Below are positions 23,441 through 38,000 of a stretch of DNA of 64,000 nucleotides, in pieces; the first letter of the stretch is position 1, and every line of letters begins with the position of its first letter. A model generated the notes under the pieces. The model saw only the letters and a program-made list of their open reading frames with translations. It did not search any database and had not been told where the DNA came from. A program made the position numbers and the translations under genes. Source of the DNA: Tubiluchus corallicola (taxonomy: Eukaryota > Animalia > Priapulida). The stretch is taken from positions 372 through 64,371 of the forward strand of contig JAQGDQ010001084.1 of assembly GCA_030141605.1 (NCBI GenBank), given 5' to 3'.

Positions 23441-26400
23441 TTATTGTTTCACGCTTGCTCCCTTATCTCTGATTTTCTCAAAACCATGTGCAAATTTAAA
23501 CACGGTGGCTTCGTCAAAGTGTTTTCCGATTACCATCATCCCGATGGGAAGATGAGCTTCTTTAGAGAAACCAGCATTGACCGAGAGAGCTGGATGTCCA
23601 GTAAAGTTGAATGGCGCTGTGTTTTTAAGCCCTCCTACCGAAATATTTAGAAAATCTGTAAAAGAAAGTGAGCCATACTCTGTAAAGTTTGTTATCATTT
23701 GAGTTATGAGCATCACGCTACAAGCTTGCAGCACATTTGTATGTAAATCTCTATAATGCAGAATAACAGCAGGTCTATCAAAACTACAAGACTAAACTTA
23801 AGAGTTTCATTGTGCGCATGAGCAGTTGCTGTATTCGAACGTAGAGTGTACCACAGCAATGCGTCTTAACTACAACCGTCAGATGTCGTTTGTAAAGCAA
23901 AGCAATATGCCACAGCAGTTCAGTAACTTCAGTTGTTTACGAGGACTTTACTTAATTATGCATTATTCTGCACATAGAGTGATTTACTAGCAGGATCCTG
24001 CAGGTAGAGTGTACCACAACAATACGTCTTAACTACAACCATCAGATGACGTTTGTAAAGCAAAGCGATATGCCACATCAGTTCAGTAACTTCAGTTGTT
24101 TACGAGGACTTTACTTAATTATGCATTATTCTGCACATAGAGTGATTTACTAGAAGGATCCTGCTTGGCAACAAGAAAAAATGAACTAGGTAAGGTTGTA
24201 GCTAGCTGTTAAAATTGTTACTATTACAACAGCATGGGCTGCGAGACACTGTCAAATGTGAACAAATGTGTTGTCTTGTACACTTAACCCCTGACCTTTC
24301 ACGATCATCACAAATCGCTGGAACTGTGAAAAGGCTTATTACTGGTAATTTTCAAATACATGTCAGTACTCTGCACATCAAGATCCAGTAATATGCAATT
24401 ACTAAAAACAACCCAAACTGTAAGACACTATGAACAAATGTGCTTTATTATAGCCACGTATGAGAGCAGAGATGTACTCAGTCAAATAAATAGTACAGGG
24501 ACAAGTTGCAAATGAAACCACTTAGTAACAGTTCTTTCAACAAATGCCCATCTGTTGTGTTTCGTTTCGTATTTTACAGTCAGCAATGCATATTTTTATA
24601 AGTGATCTAAGGCAAAAGGTTTCGGGCATTGCGTGCTTTTTTGTCGGAGTTTCAGTTGACCTTTTTCGTTGGCAAAACTTGAATAAAGTTGTATTTTTCT
24701 ATTAAGTTAAAGCAATCTACTCGTTAGCTTAATTATACCCTAGAACTCGTCACAAACCCAGTCAGCATTAAAGCGAGGCACGTAACAACTTTTTAAGTTA
24801 ACCCCTTAACATTGTTCATATTTCCATGAATAACAAGGGCAGCGTCGCAGCTTTTTTGACTTTTCCTTCACGCTCTTGATGCCACTTAATGACCGTTGAC
24901 TATACTTGATACTAATTAGTACTCGTTAGCTTAATTATACCCTAGTACTCGTCACCATCCCATTTACTAATCAGGCTTAATCTGAGCATGGTTTAACATT
25001 GTTTGCTTAATCACACGTACACCGTGACCACTCGACTAGCGCTCGCCCCAATGAAGTAAAGCGTAATTTTAATTGCTACAGCAGAGTATATTGCTTTGTT
25101 TTGCTTTTCTTAATAATGTGAAAAGAACAGTGTAGTTGTGATCAGTGATTTTTGTATACTTTTTAGGCTTTTTCTTTTATTTACTGTGGATTTTGTACTT
25201 AATCAATGATTCAGTTCTTCGGCTTGTGGTGTATTTCGACTTATGATATATTATGACTTCATTATACAATTCGCTTGCTTATGTCTAAGAATTATGCTTG
25301 TGTTATAAAGTATATTTGCCATTGTTATTAAGTTTCTGTTGTCAGATTTTTATATCAGTTCTTATTTCAGTTCAGTTTTATTTCAGTTATTTTCAGTTTG
25401 ATTATTTTATTATGCACTTATTATTACTGTGTATGAATTGTACTAACACGTTATAAGCATTTCAATTTAATGTCATTCGTAACAATTAATTTTTATTATA
25501 AGCAGTACTAACACTAATACACTGTAGCATAGCGCCTATAAAAAATGTTCATCACTAACCAAAGGGCAGCTGACTAGATGACCAATTGGTCTCTCACTGC
25601 CCTTTCTTCACATTTTTGTTTCCAAATTAATTGTACTATGACTGTGCGTGTGTTACAAGATAAATAAAAAGATTATTATTATTATTATAGTAGTTATTAG
25701 TACATGCATTAACATAGCAAACTTACAAAGTTACTCTTCAGTGAAAGCATGTGCTTTTGTTTTTTTCACCTGAAGACAACCCGCCGCGGGTATCATATCT
25801 TTTCTTTTTCTATAGTGGGATATTTTTTAATAAAAGTACACACAATTTTTCTGTGGCATTTCTGCAATTGTTTTCATGTTAATCTCATTCATACTATAAG
25901 AATCAAAGGAAAATTCAGCAATGAAGCCATTCATTACTACCTAGTGAAATAAAACAAATAGAATCTCTCCACCACTTTAAAAAAGAAATTAAAAGAATAT
26001 CAATATAACAGGTTTCAACTTCCACATTGTGCATCTGATACTAATAACACAGACTAAACTTTCATCTACCCCCGCCCCTGACTCCACAAAACGATTAAAA
26101 ATGAAAATTTTTAAAAAATTATGTAATGTAATACGTGTTATGTTAGTTTTGTAATGTCAAATGTATAAATAGTGTAAATGTAATGAGTTAAATTTATGTA
26201 ATGTAAAGCATGTTTCTGTTAATTGTGTCATGTCAAATGTATATATTGTGTAAAATATGTCATGTAAAATTTAATGTACTTTTGTAATATTGTTTTGTAA
26301 AAATATTTTAATATGGTGTTTGTAAATATGTTCATTTATTGTATATAATTAGACCTTAGTTTTGCACTTTAGTTTTTTTAATATGCACTGGACGCATTTG

Positions 26401-29400
26401 TCTTGAACAGTGTTGTTATTTTAACATTATGCTGAGGCTTACTCAATTTTATTATAATGAGTGAACCCAAATAAAGAATTAATATATAATATATAAAAAA
26501 ATTAGTTTACATTGTTTTAAACAGACCATTATAAACAGACTCAATAACCAGTACCTGTGATAGAAACATCTTCGGTTGGTATCTTTGGCGGTAAGTGATT
26601 AATCGTTGGCATGACGATGACATCATACTTCTCCAGTACTTCATCGTACCTCTTTGTTATTTCGTTCATAATGTTCTTTGCCTTGCAGTAGAAGTCCAGT
26701 CCAAACTCTTCACGTATGTACTGGGGTAGTAAAAAACATAGCTTGCCAGTGTATGATAAGTACGCAGCATCGTTATTGAGTCCTTTTCGAAAAGCAGCTC
26801 CCAGAGAAAACGAGTTGTACGCTTGATGTCCAATTCCTGTCCCTGAAACACAAATTCAGCAATGAAAACATGATTAAATTCACAAACTCCTGTTCACAGG
26901 AATTAACACATTGTCAGCAGGGGCGGAACTAGATGTGGCAAGCAGGGGGGGGAGGGCGCAAAAATTTTCTGGGGGGTCGAGGTATCCGAAGTGGTTAAAT
27001 AATGGTTAAGCCAATTTTTAACCCCTTTTATACTGCATGCAAGCCTATAATTAGCGTGTGTAGGACGGCGTAGCGGACAGAGTAATAATGAGAAAATTAA
27101 CTCTCAGTTAACTTAACGTTATTAATGTGCCTCTAACTAAATTGTTATTTACAGAAATTTATCACACAAAAGTTTTAAGAAAATAATATACTGAAGCTAC
27201 CAAACATTTTTTACCTAATTCTAATTCATATTGAAAATGATTACATGCGAACTGTAATTTTCACTGCAAAAAAAATTATTTGTCCGATTTTGCAGGGGGG
27301 CCCCCCCTCGCTCCCCCCTAATTCTGCCCCTGATTGTCAGCTTACAAGACAGATGCATGCAGATTAAAAGTGCTATTAATAGAATACCATAAAATTTATT
27401 TTATGAAAATTTACCTTGTAATCTGAACATTCCTTCGTATCCACCCTGGTAAAGTAATGGTACACAAGCTTCAACAGCTGAAAAATAAAGTGATTAAATA
27501 ATGAATCAAGGTAGACTAGACTACAACGATGAACATACTTCTAATTTGGTGACCACAAAGACTCCTAACATTAAATTTAACAGATTAAGGTACTGTAACC
27601 AGAGGAGAAAAAGGTGTAATAAAATTTAATGTGGGATCTCATTTGGTGCAGCATAAGGCAGTGCAGAATGAAATCCCTTATAAATACACATAGTAATAAA
27701 AAGAAATTTTCTACCGAATCAAAATGCGACCTGAATAGTAATACATACTGCTCATGTCACATTAATGACTTGCTTTCATTCATAGCTTTTACACATTGCT
27801 TCCACATGTCCTGTAAAATGTGTCTGGGCATCTGCCAATGCCCTAAACCAGCAGACACATCAAGCTGACATACAAAAAGTAAATATTGCATAGTTTCACT
27901 GAAAAATATTCACTGAATTTCATGTAATTTGTGAGTGCCATCTATTGGCAGCAGTATGGTTAGAATATCCCTTCCTCAACTTTGATAATTTGCAATCGGT
28001 TTGTAACCACAACAATGTAGTTCCGGTATTGATGCAGTAGCTAAAATTCTCCGCATATATCTGCAACTGTGATATATTATGATGTACTGGTTGTAAATTA
28101 CCAAAAGATAAATTAATAATGATCGCACGTACACTATCTTAATTGGACTCATGTAATTGTATCGAGTATAATGTGCAACTCCGAGACGTATGAATTCTGT
28201 AATTGTTAACTAAAACTATATTGGTCAATAAATGCAATTCAATTCAAGTCACAGTAACAGTTAGTCAATTCATGCCTTTTAGTTTGGGAATAGAAATGGC
28301 ACTAACCCTCAGCATGCTCTGAGATAGAGATTATATCGACGATTGCACCGCTCTCTCTGGTTGCCATGACAGCATCAATCACCACTTGTTTCACTTCCTC
28401 GTCTGCACCCATGAATCCTTCCTCTACAATACCGACCTTCATGTTGTTAATGTCACCAGTCAGCTGCAAAACATAAGCCAGTACAATTTACAGATGCCAA
28501 GAAATAGGTCAAAATTCACAATGTTATTGGATATATATATTTTTGCAACTGTTTCGAGAACTCCAGATTTTTTTATATAATATTAACTTATCAATTTCCA
28601 GTTATCAATCCCAAAACTTCACCAATAACAAATAATTATATTTTTCTAAATACAAGTCACATTTTCTAAAATGACCTTATATATGTAGGCCAGTTTGGTA
28701 ACATTACTCAGCCTAGTATGGAGCATAGAAATCTAGGTTGCAGGTAGAAAACAAATGCGCAGCAATATTTTTGTCCAGTAACTTAATATTTAACCAGTAA
28801 AAAACAGAAAAACGAAAAGTTAAGACAAGAAAATTCTTTTGCTGTTCTAGGAATAAGCATGATGAAATAAAAAACACCAACTAATAATCATGTTCTTTCA
28901 AGAATGGTTTCTCAGTTTATCAATACATGTGCGTTATTATTAATATCAAGCTACTTGAAGAAGAAAAATAAAAACAATAAATATGAATTACCGATTCTGT
29001 GTAGTTCGGAACACGGACATTCTTATGTATTCTGTCATCTAGCAAATCTGGCCCAGCTATTACTTCTAACAGCAATGCACAGTCATACACTGTGCGAGTC
29101 ATTGGTCCTAAAGTATCGGTATCATACTGTATGCTGGCCGCTCCCGTATACGGTACGAGTCCAAATGTAGGCTTCAAGCCAACGCAACCACTGCAACACG
29201 CTGGACAGCGAATTGAGCCAGCCTGGTCACCCCCAATTGCTAAATCTACATGACCACCAGCTACCTACAAACAAAAAAAAATTATTATGTAAAAAAAGAA
29301 AAAGTAAAGCCAAAAAATGGTCGGCCAAAATTCAATCCAATTAAGGAGCTCGATTAATTAACTTAACTTACGAGAGCAGCAGATCCGGAACTTGAGCCTC

Positions 29401-31447
29401 CAGCGATGTATTTTTCATTGTAAGGGTTCCTCACAGGTCCTGAAGCAGGGGTTAAACTGCCTACATCTAGACAAAGATTCCCACACGATGATTTTCCAAT
29501 AATACGTCCTCCTGAACAAAGTACACTCGCATTATTAATGGCTAACTAGTCTAGAATAAGTATAAGAATTTCGGAAAACATAGAATTGCTCATGCGCATA
29601 ATAACATGAATGGTAAAATTCACCAGCATCCAAAATCCGACTCACAACCGTAGCGTCAAAATCTGGAACATAACCCTCCAAAATTTGGGACCCATTACTC
29701 ATTGGGACTCCTGCTATCATGACGCTGTCCTTGATGGCAACTGTCTTTCCTGCAAGCTTACCAGTCAGAGCTCCTGAAATGTCAATCTTCCAAGCCCTGA
29801 CAATAAACAAAAAATGCTGCAGTAAGCTAATAAGATAACAATAATATATATAAAACACAAAATGATTTGAAATAAGTACTTTTGTAGTTGTTTCGTTGGC
29901 CTACAATAACACAGAACTCAAATTTCTACAATTACTGAAGTGCATAATGTAGAAAGTACAGTATACAATTCATTTACCAGGCATTGTAGGGGTTATCTTC
30001 GGGTGTTGGTCTATAACCTGGTGTCCGGGGATACTTTACTTGTGGAATAGGCTCTACCAATTGTGCGATGAGTTTGAATCCTCCTAGGAGATCGGTAACA
30101 CAGTCTAAAACAAGATTTTAAAAGTGATATTGTTTGATGGAAACTTCCCATTAATATTAATATGTTAATTATGATAAAAATATTGCCAAAAATGTGTATG
30201 CTGCGCATGCAGTAATGGTAGTACAGTAAATACGATCACAACTCTAATTACCCGTTTTATTAACATAAAAATTTATGCTAGAATTAAAGGAAATTGTTAA
30301 CACATTTTATAAAGTGAGTATTGTACAGTACATAAGTTTTACTTTTGTAATCCTCCAGTTCTTCATTACTGCAGCCCAATCCATATTTCTTCGATATAGC
30401 TGAAAGGCGATCCAAACTAGGAGCGTTAATTCCCCTGGCCCCTAGCGGCCCTAAAAAATTGACAAGATTAATTAGTAAAGATATAAACCCTTCACAGCGT
30501 ATAATTACGCAACAAAAACCACAAGCAAATATTTGCTCAATCTAAATTTCGGCAGTTTATTGCACAAAAACAAGCCTCTTCGAAGATACACAAATGGTAA
30601 AATATAAACTTATGAACGTCTAATTTCATAATATATTGGGTACGACGGCATCAGAACCAATCACCTTATCAAGGACAACTTTTTGAAATACGGAACTGGC
30701 AATGACGTCTTAGTCATGCTCAGATAAAACGCAGCCACCATGTGCAAACGAAACAGTCAAGTGATCACAAATCAAATCATTGAGCAGGTTTAGCATTACT
30801 TAACTTTCATCACCAAGCACATAGTTGTCATCCAGCCATTTACCCGACCACATACTACTCCCACCATCCGGGCTTAATATTGAAGAACAAAACAAACCTA
30901 CCTATGCTAATCAATAGAAAATCACTGGGAAGCTATTGAGCATTTATAGGCAACAATCAAGGTACCATTGTATCACACTATACACCTATCACATTTAGCA
31001 TTGATCTAAATACATTAGTTAATAATAATGCGCGAACATCCTACATATTCCTAATTTATAACGCAAAGCCAGCAGCAGCGGCTTTTAGTGAATTAAAGTT
31101 ATAAGGTTAAAGGCAGAGTATAATGGATGATGTCACAACAATGGCTTTGCATCAGCTGTTTTCCAAGCGAAAATTGCCGAAAATAGAACATCTAATTAAC
31201 TCGTCGGCACTCCTCTTGGTGGACGTATCCTAAAATATAGCCCACATCATCGTGTAACCCTGTTCTTCCTCTTTCTAAAGAGCCATATATCTCCTTATGA
31301 GAGTCCCACCATAATAATAATAGTAATAATAATAATAATAATGTACATTACAAAACTTGAAACCAGTGCAAATTTTCAAACATGAGATAGTTAAAAATGT
31401 GTACACTTACTTTCATTCAACGCACCCTTGGTTTCCAACTGTGACAT
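23441..31447 (-). CDS. Amidase-signature family amidase, paralog A, 526 aa, 10 exons
   Basis: Exons 31447-31411, 30450-30343, 30104-29978, 29796-29624, 29511-29372, 29264-28992, 28463-28307, 27477-27415, 26842-26555, 23655-23441 join in frame. Motifs AIKD (catalytic Lys), [35 protein letters not shown]. Confidence 0.9.
23841..24163. repeat. Tandem duplication, 2 x ~163 bp
   Basis: gtagagtgtaccac...ggatcctgc at 23841 and 24004. Confidence 0.9.
26918..27332. mobile_element. hAT-type MITE family 1
   Basis: TIR CAGGGGCGGAA/TTCTGCCCCTG, 8-bp TSD ATTGTCAG; sister copy at 40145-40697. Confidence 0.85.
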
Positions 31448-32040
31448 TTCCAAGCGAGACCTTACATGCTGTTTAAGCATAAGTAGCAAGTTTTGGCCGC
31501 CAGTAGAGCATATTTACACAATACTCTATATAGTTTACATTGCACGTAAACCAGTCCCTTGATCACCCAACGTGACCCTGACACATATTAGTATAGCTTT
31601 CTGCCAAAAATTCAAACTAAATTTTGCATAACACGCGTTGTATTTACGTGCAAACGTAATTTATTATGGTACCAATATTAAGTTATAATAACAGCTACTG
31701 CAAGATAACATATAATCAGATGAAAAATAAGCATAAATTATGCACACTGTACAGACCGTTCTCTACGAAATCTACGAAATGTGCCTCTAAGAAATTACTT
31801 TTTCAACTTCTTATTATAATGTGTATGACGCTAAGACTTATTGTAAGCTTAGTTTCGATTCTAAGAAACAAGTCACAAGTTTAATGGTAAGGTAAACAAA
31901 ATTAAAAAATGTGCATGATAAACCTGAACCAACTTGTCAGTAACAAAAATACAGTAAGAATCAGTTATATCCTGTTCAACAGTTGTATATTTTTTAAACT
32001 TTACACATTTAACAGGTAGATAAAAAAGACCGAAGCTTTT

Positions 32041-35000
32041 TTATTTTCCATCTCTTAATTTTTCGACAGCATGTGCAAATTTCAACACATTCACTTCATC
32101 AAAGTGTCTGCCCACTATCATTAATCCAATAGGCAGCTTGTCTGGCTTAGAAAATCCAGCATTTATAGAGATGGCAGGATGTCCAGAACTATTGAAAATT
32201 GCGGTATTGTATAGCATTCCGAATGCAGTATGGATGTACTCTGAAAAACAAGCAGCTAATGTACAAAACAGAATTCAAATGATTACAAAACAACAAAGTA
32301 ACAGTAACTACATGACCATGTGAAGTGATATATCTCATAACAAAAAATCTGCTAAAATTCGCTAACAATTTCAAATACATATACAGTGTTCCCTCGCTAC
32401 TTCGCGGTTCGTTTATCGCGGACTCGCTGTTTCGCTGGTTTTCAGAAATATTAATGTAAAATATTTCCCGAGGTATTTTCGCTGTTTCGCGGGTTATTGC
32501 AGTACTCTGTCTAAAGTATTTTTGCACATGCGTAGTACGTATTGTACAGAATTTTGCATAAAAAATCACAAAATGTGTAAAAATATATTAAAAATATTAA
32601 TTCTAACATTAAAAGAATATTATAAATCATAAAAATTACCATTTACAGTAAATAGTGTATTTATTTAGCAGATGAATACACACCAAAAACGAAATGTAGC
32701 ACTTGCATGAGATGCTACTGACCGACGTGAGATTGTACACAACACACGATTGGTATGTATAAGAGTGTGGGGAGGGGTTATAAAAACTTAAAAATAATGT
32801 ATAACTACTAATGTGGGCCTGGAACGGAACACATGCGATAGGTGAGGGAACACTGCATTATAATAGTTGAAAAAATCAGATATCTTACATTTTACAAATA
32901 AAAAAAATTGAATCCTACTTCACTACTCTAAGCTTGTAATTGTACTGAGTTTTATCATATGTAATACTTATGATTTTGTAACGATGATGATGCTTACAGT
33001 GTCAGTGGCAGCAGCAGCAACACTGCACCAAAGTCACTGATAATGATTACAATTAGGTACCGTAAAACTATGATTTACAAAATGTAAGTAGCATTGCAAA
33101 AACTACTTTCTATGAACTACAGAAAACAATAAAATTAGTGAACTAAAATTATTACACTAATACCAAGTACAATTTAAGACCAGATGGTTTAGTCTAGTGG
33201 TAATGCGTCTGCTTTCCGTCTGGGAGGTCGTGAGTTCGAACCAGCGGCCGGGTCATACCAAAGACCTTAAAAATGGTATCTGCTGTTGGCCTGCCTGACG
33301 CGTGGTATTTAGGGTAAAAGTGGGGTAATAATAGTCTCTGTTATGCAGTTGTAGGTTGTTATTTACAGTCGGCGATAATAGCTCTTTGAGCTAATGTTAA
33401 TTGTTCACCCAAAAGCCGACTTTAAAATAAAGATTATTATTATTATTACAGTAATTTAGCTCACAGAATTGAATCACTTATTAAATATGCTAGTTATTTT
33501 AATAAAACTGAAAAAATCATGAACGTAAATTGCACAGGCTTACGCAGGGATCAAAACTGTTTTACAAAAATTTTTAAAAAAAGTTCTTAACAAGGGAAAG
33601 CTGTAAAAAGAATAAGTTGATGTTAATGTTAAACTTACCAGGTATGCTGCAATCATCATTCGGTATTTTAGGTGGCAAGTATGTTATAGTAGGCATCACA
33701 ATGACGTCATACTTTTCTAGTGCTTTGTCATACTCATTGGCTATTTCACGCAGGATGTTCTGTGCCTTACTATAGTACTGAAAACCAAATTCCTCCCGAG
33801 CATACTCAGCGACCAGAATCATCAGTTTAGCTGTGTGTGACAGATATGGGGCCATGTTGCTATAGCCCTTGCGCATAGCAGCTCCGAGAGCTGTTGGGTA
33901 ATAACCTCTGTAGCCAACCCCGGTTCCTGTGAAATGCAAAATATTAAACAAATCTGTCTAATGAAAAACAAAAATGCACTTATTTCACAAAAAAATTTAC
34001 ACAAGCATTAAACTATAAGCCGATTGCAGTGCATTAAGGTCTAGCTCAAACAGAAGTAATCTTGAGCTCCCATGTACCAGGATAGGTGACAAATCATTCA
34101 GTTCTGATTCCCCGAATTGTAGAATTCTTTGCCCCTCTAATTACGCCTGATCAAGTCGCTTGATAATTTTAAAGTCTGAAAACTTACTAATTTAACGAAG
34201 TCTTCTGTGGTTGAGCTAATCTTGCATTTTCTACGATTATGTATGTTTTATGGCATTGCTTTTATTATTTTACTAAATTTTCAGTGTTTTTATTATTTTC
34301 CCTTTTTTGTCATATTCAATGTACTTTTAATCAATCAATGTGTCACGGTCTTATATATCGTACGATTATAATTTTTTAGTAATTTTGACAATCTTTCATT
34401 TGTAACATGCTTTTGATTATCATGTAAAATGTATTAAAAATGTTCAATAAGTTATTAATTATTAAGCAAGGTTATGCTTAATCTCTCTCTCTCTCTATAC
34501 ATATATATATATATATAACTACTATATATAATAATCCTAATTACTGAATAACTGTATTGTTTTGTTTAGATTTTGGTATCTAACTTTATTATGTTTTTTT
34601 TTCAGTTCTTTTTAGATAATTTGCATCATTTATACTGTTTTTATTTTTTTTCTTATTTTTTTGTTTTTGTTTTTGTTATCTGCAGCATCACCGTTAATTT
34701 TTCATATACTAATCTATTTATAAGGGCAGGAGACTAGATGACCCTATGGTCCTTCCCTGCCCTGCTCCATGATTATAATTACTTAATATTTAAAAAAACT
34801 TTTGATGTTAAACTAATTGGAGAAAATAAATGTTCTATGTCTATGTCTATGTGTACAAATAATGGCAGTCACATTTTGCATAAGAAATAAAAACAAATAA
34901 AAATACATGTACCTTGCATTTTCACAAACCATTCTGTGCAGCCCTGCAGAAGCATTGGTGTATACACTTTTGCAGCTAGAATTAAAAAAACAATATGCAA

Positions 35001-38000
35001 ATTTAATATTCAAAAAATCACACAAGCCTAAATGAATGCAACACACAACGAAACACGGAGAGTAATAACTTAGCCATTAAGATGACCAGTGTTTGTGTTT
35101 TATTAGACAATGGTGATCTTGAAAAAAGGACAAATACAGGATGGTCGACAAAAAACATTCTTCCAAGTTAACTCCGTTCACTCTAGTAGAGACATTTTTA
35201 AGTGAGACCCCATCACCGCTTTCTCTTTACAAACAACCGTAAATTTCCGTTTAAGACACGCAACAAGTACAGTTAAGCTGCTGGAGGTTTTAGCTGTTAT
35301 TTTCCTAGAGTACTACTGCGCAGAAAAAATGTCTTAGCGGTACACGGCATCTTTAGAAAGCAAACAAACCGAGCTACACTGTGGTGTGAGTCTCTTCTAC
35401 AAATGCCTCTACCAGGATAAAGGGTACGAGTTAGCTTGGGGAACATTTTTTCTGGACGACCTGTATTTCATTATCAGTAAAAAATTAAAACTTAGTTCCT
35501 ACCATAACTATGCTCAGGAATTGAAAACTCTTCAATAACAGCACCTCGCTGGTTTGTCGCATAAATCATGCCACGTACCACCTCGACAACTTGTTCATCA
35601 GCGCTTGCAAATCCTTCCCTTAAGATACCGACCTTCATTCCTTTGATATCACCTGTAAGCTACATTTCGACAAATTACAATTCGCCATCGCCACATAAGT
35701 TATCGTGTGGGATGCATGAATTATTAAAATTAAATTTTAGCAAACAAACATAATAAATTACTGATTTCATTGTTTACCCTAACACAGGGGTGTGCAAATT
35801 ATCTGACTAGCCGGGCCACATTAAACTTTCCCACAATTCCTGTGGGCTGCATGCAGTTTCGTCAAGGAGCCAAGTACAGTAGAACCTAATAACGATTTTT
35901 CTGCATCTGATCTGTCACATCATTACTACTGCACTACTTACTACACTCAAGAAACTATTTCAGAAGTTATTAAAATTTATATTAAAAACCATATATTTCG
36001 TCATGTCCGACAGTGACATTAAGTGACAACGGTCTTGTAAGGGTTAATGCCATCCGATCTAGGGGAAAAAACTACCCGCACTATCTTTTCAACATTGGTG
36101 CAGACTTCAGCTGGATCGCGTGGGTCGCACGTTCATTAGGTTGACAAACCTCTTCGCAGGCCGAACAAGATCTCTCGGCGGGTCGCAGTTTGCACACCCC
36201 TGCCCTAACAGTTGTATTAGTCGAATTTTTATAATTCAAGAAAGAAGTCTATGCATTTCCTTATTGTTGTAAGAAGATATGTAAGCCTACAACTATTATA
36301 GGTAACTAGTTTTACTTATTGTCCTGAGCATGTGCAATTGCACTCAGTTGCTGTAATTTCCTTTAATTTAAACCTTTAATTTTTCAAACGAGAGTTTCTA
36401 CAACAAATAGACACTGTAAAACGAACTGCTTTAAAAAACCCAAACAAGCACGTACCAACAGCCAAGCTGCATATATAAATAATTGTTCAAACCTGCTCCT
36501 CGACATTAATGCAACATTTTTATAATTCAAGAAAGACGTCTTGCATAAGATTGCATTTTATGATTTCCTTATTGTTGTAGGAAGATATGTAAGCCTACAA
36601 CTATTATGGGTAACTAGTTTTACTTATTGTCCTGAGCAAGTGCAATTGCACTCAGTTGCTGTAATTTCACACTGAGGTTTTATAACGCAGTGGCAAGTTG
36701 GAAGGTTTTCAAGACTAGTCTGAACAACAAAACACACAGGTGACAATGAATGTAACGAATATGAAAGAAAAACAAACCCACTGCATGCTTTATCATTTTA
36801 ACTATTGCCTAGCAGTTGTTCTTCAAGCCACACGTCAATAACGACGGTGTGTGAGATTGCATATCGGGGCAAAACAAATAAGAAACGTAACAGTTATTGA
36901 GTACTATTAGAACTGCTCCATTTGTAATACTACTGATCAATGCAAATGGCAAAGAAGGCAAACAACGGCTTCACCTGCGTGTTATAGTAAGCAGTTCATT
37001 TGATCACACAACTATACAGCTGCAGGTCAATGCAAAATGATACAGTTTCAAACAGAAGGCTGGGGCGTTTTTCCTTTGAGGTGACAATAGATGAGGCGCC
37101 AATGGTGATTAATATAAGTTATTCAATGTAAAGTAGTTCATTATGTTTTTGTCTTTCTTAGATAATTGCATTATGTTTTTGTCTTTCTTAGATAATTGCA
37201 CAAAAATTCAATTATTAATAATTAAATTATTCTAAAAGAGGTAAAACTTGTAAATTAACAACACTCAAACAATTTGTTAAAAACTCTTTTACTGCTAAAG
37301 AGTATTGAATGACGGTCTCTCATCAATTCACTGCCAAGGTCAATGATACTTAACTTCAATTCCTCAATATTCACCCTACCCACTTGTTTATCCATTCACT
37401 TCGCCTCAAGAACACTTTTACTAAACACACTAAATTTGCACAATGGACGCCTTCAGACATATACATTAAGTTCTTAGTAAAATAGCAAAATTAATCATAA
37501 TTACCATCTCCGTGTAATTTGGAATTTTCACATCCTTTTGGGTTCTGTCATCGAGTGGATCATACCCAGCCAACACTTCTAACAACAGCGCACAATCATA
37601 AACAGTACGGGCCATTGGACCCAGATGATCTAAATGATATTCCATACTAGCTCCTCCTGTATACGGCACCAAACCAAAAGTAGGTTTGAGACCAACAACA
37701 CCACCCCAAGCACATGGGAGACGAATGGACCCGCCCTGATCTCCGCCGATGGCCATATCGACTTTCTCACCGGCTAACTGAAAAATGCAAACAGCCACCA
37801 AATTATGCAGTGCAATCATTTGTACGTGAACAATTTAGATTTTCATACTATATAATGTTGAGGCATTACATAAACTAACTTTTAACACTTTCAACAAAAC
37901 TATCAACAAAGAAATTAGCAAACCACAAGTTGCACATGCGCATATATAACACACAGACATGTAACTTTGTACGTATATTGTAAGATTTATGAACTGAATT

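Noticed and set aside
33178-33255. tRNA gene (also 41325-41399, 17540-17610, 50425-50470)
   Set aside because: A and B boxes are present but no convincing cloverleaf. The first two continue into a SINE body and tail; the others are decayed heads.
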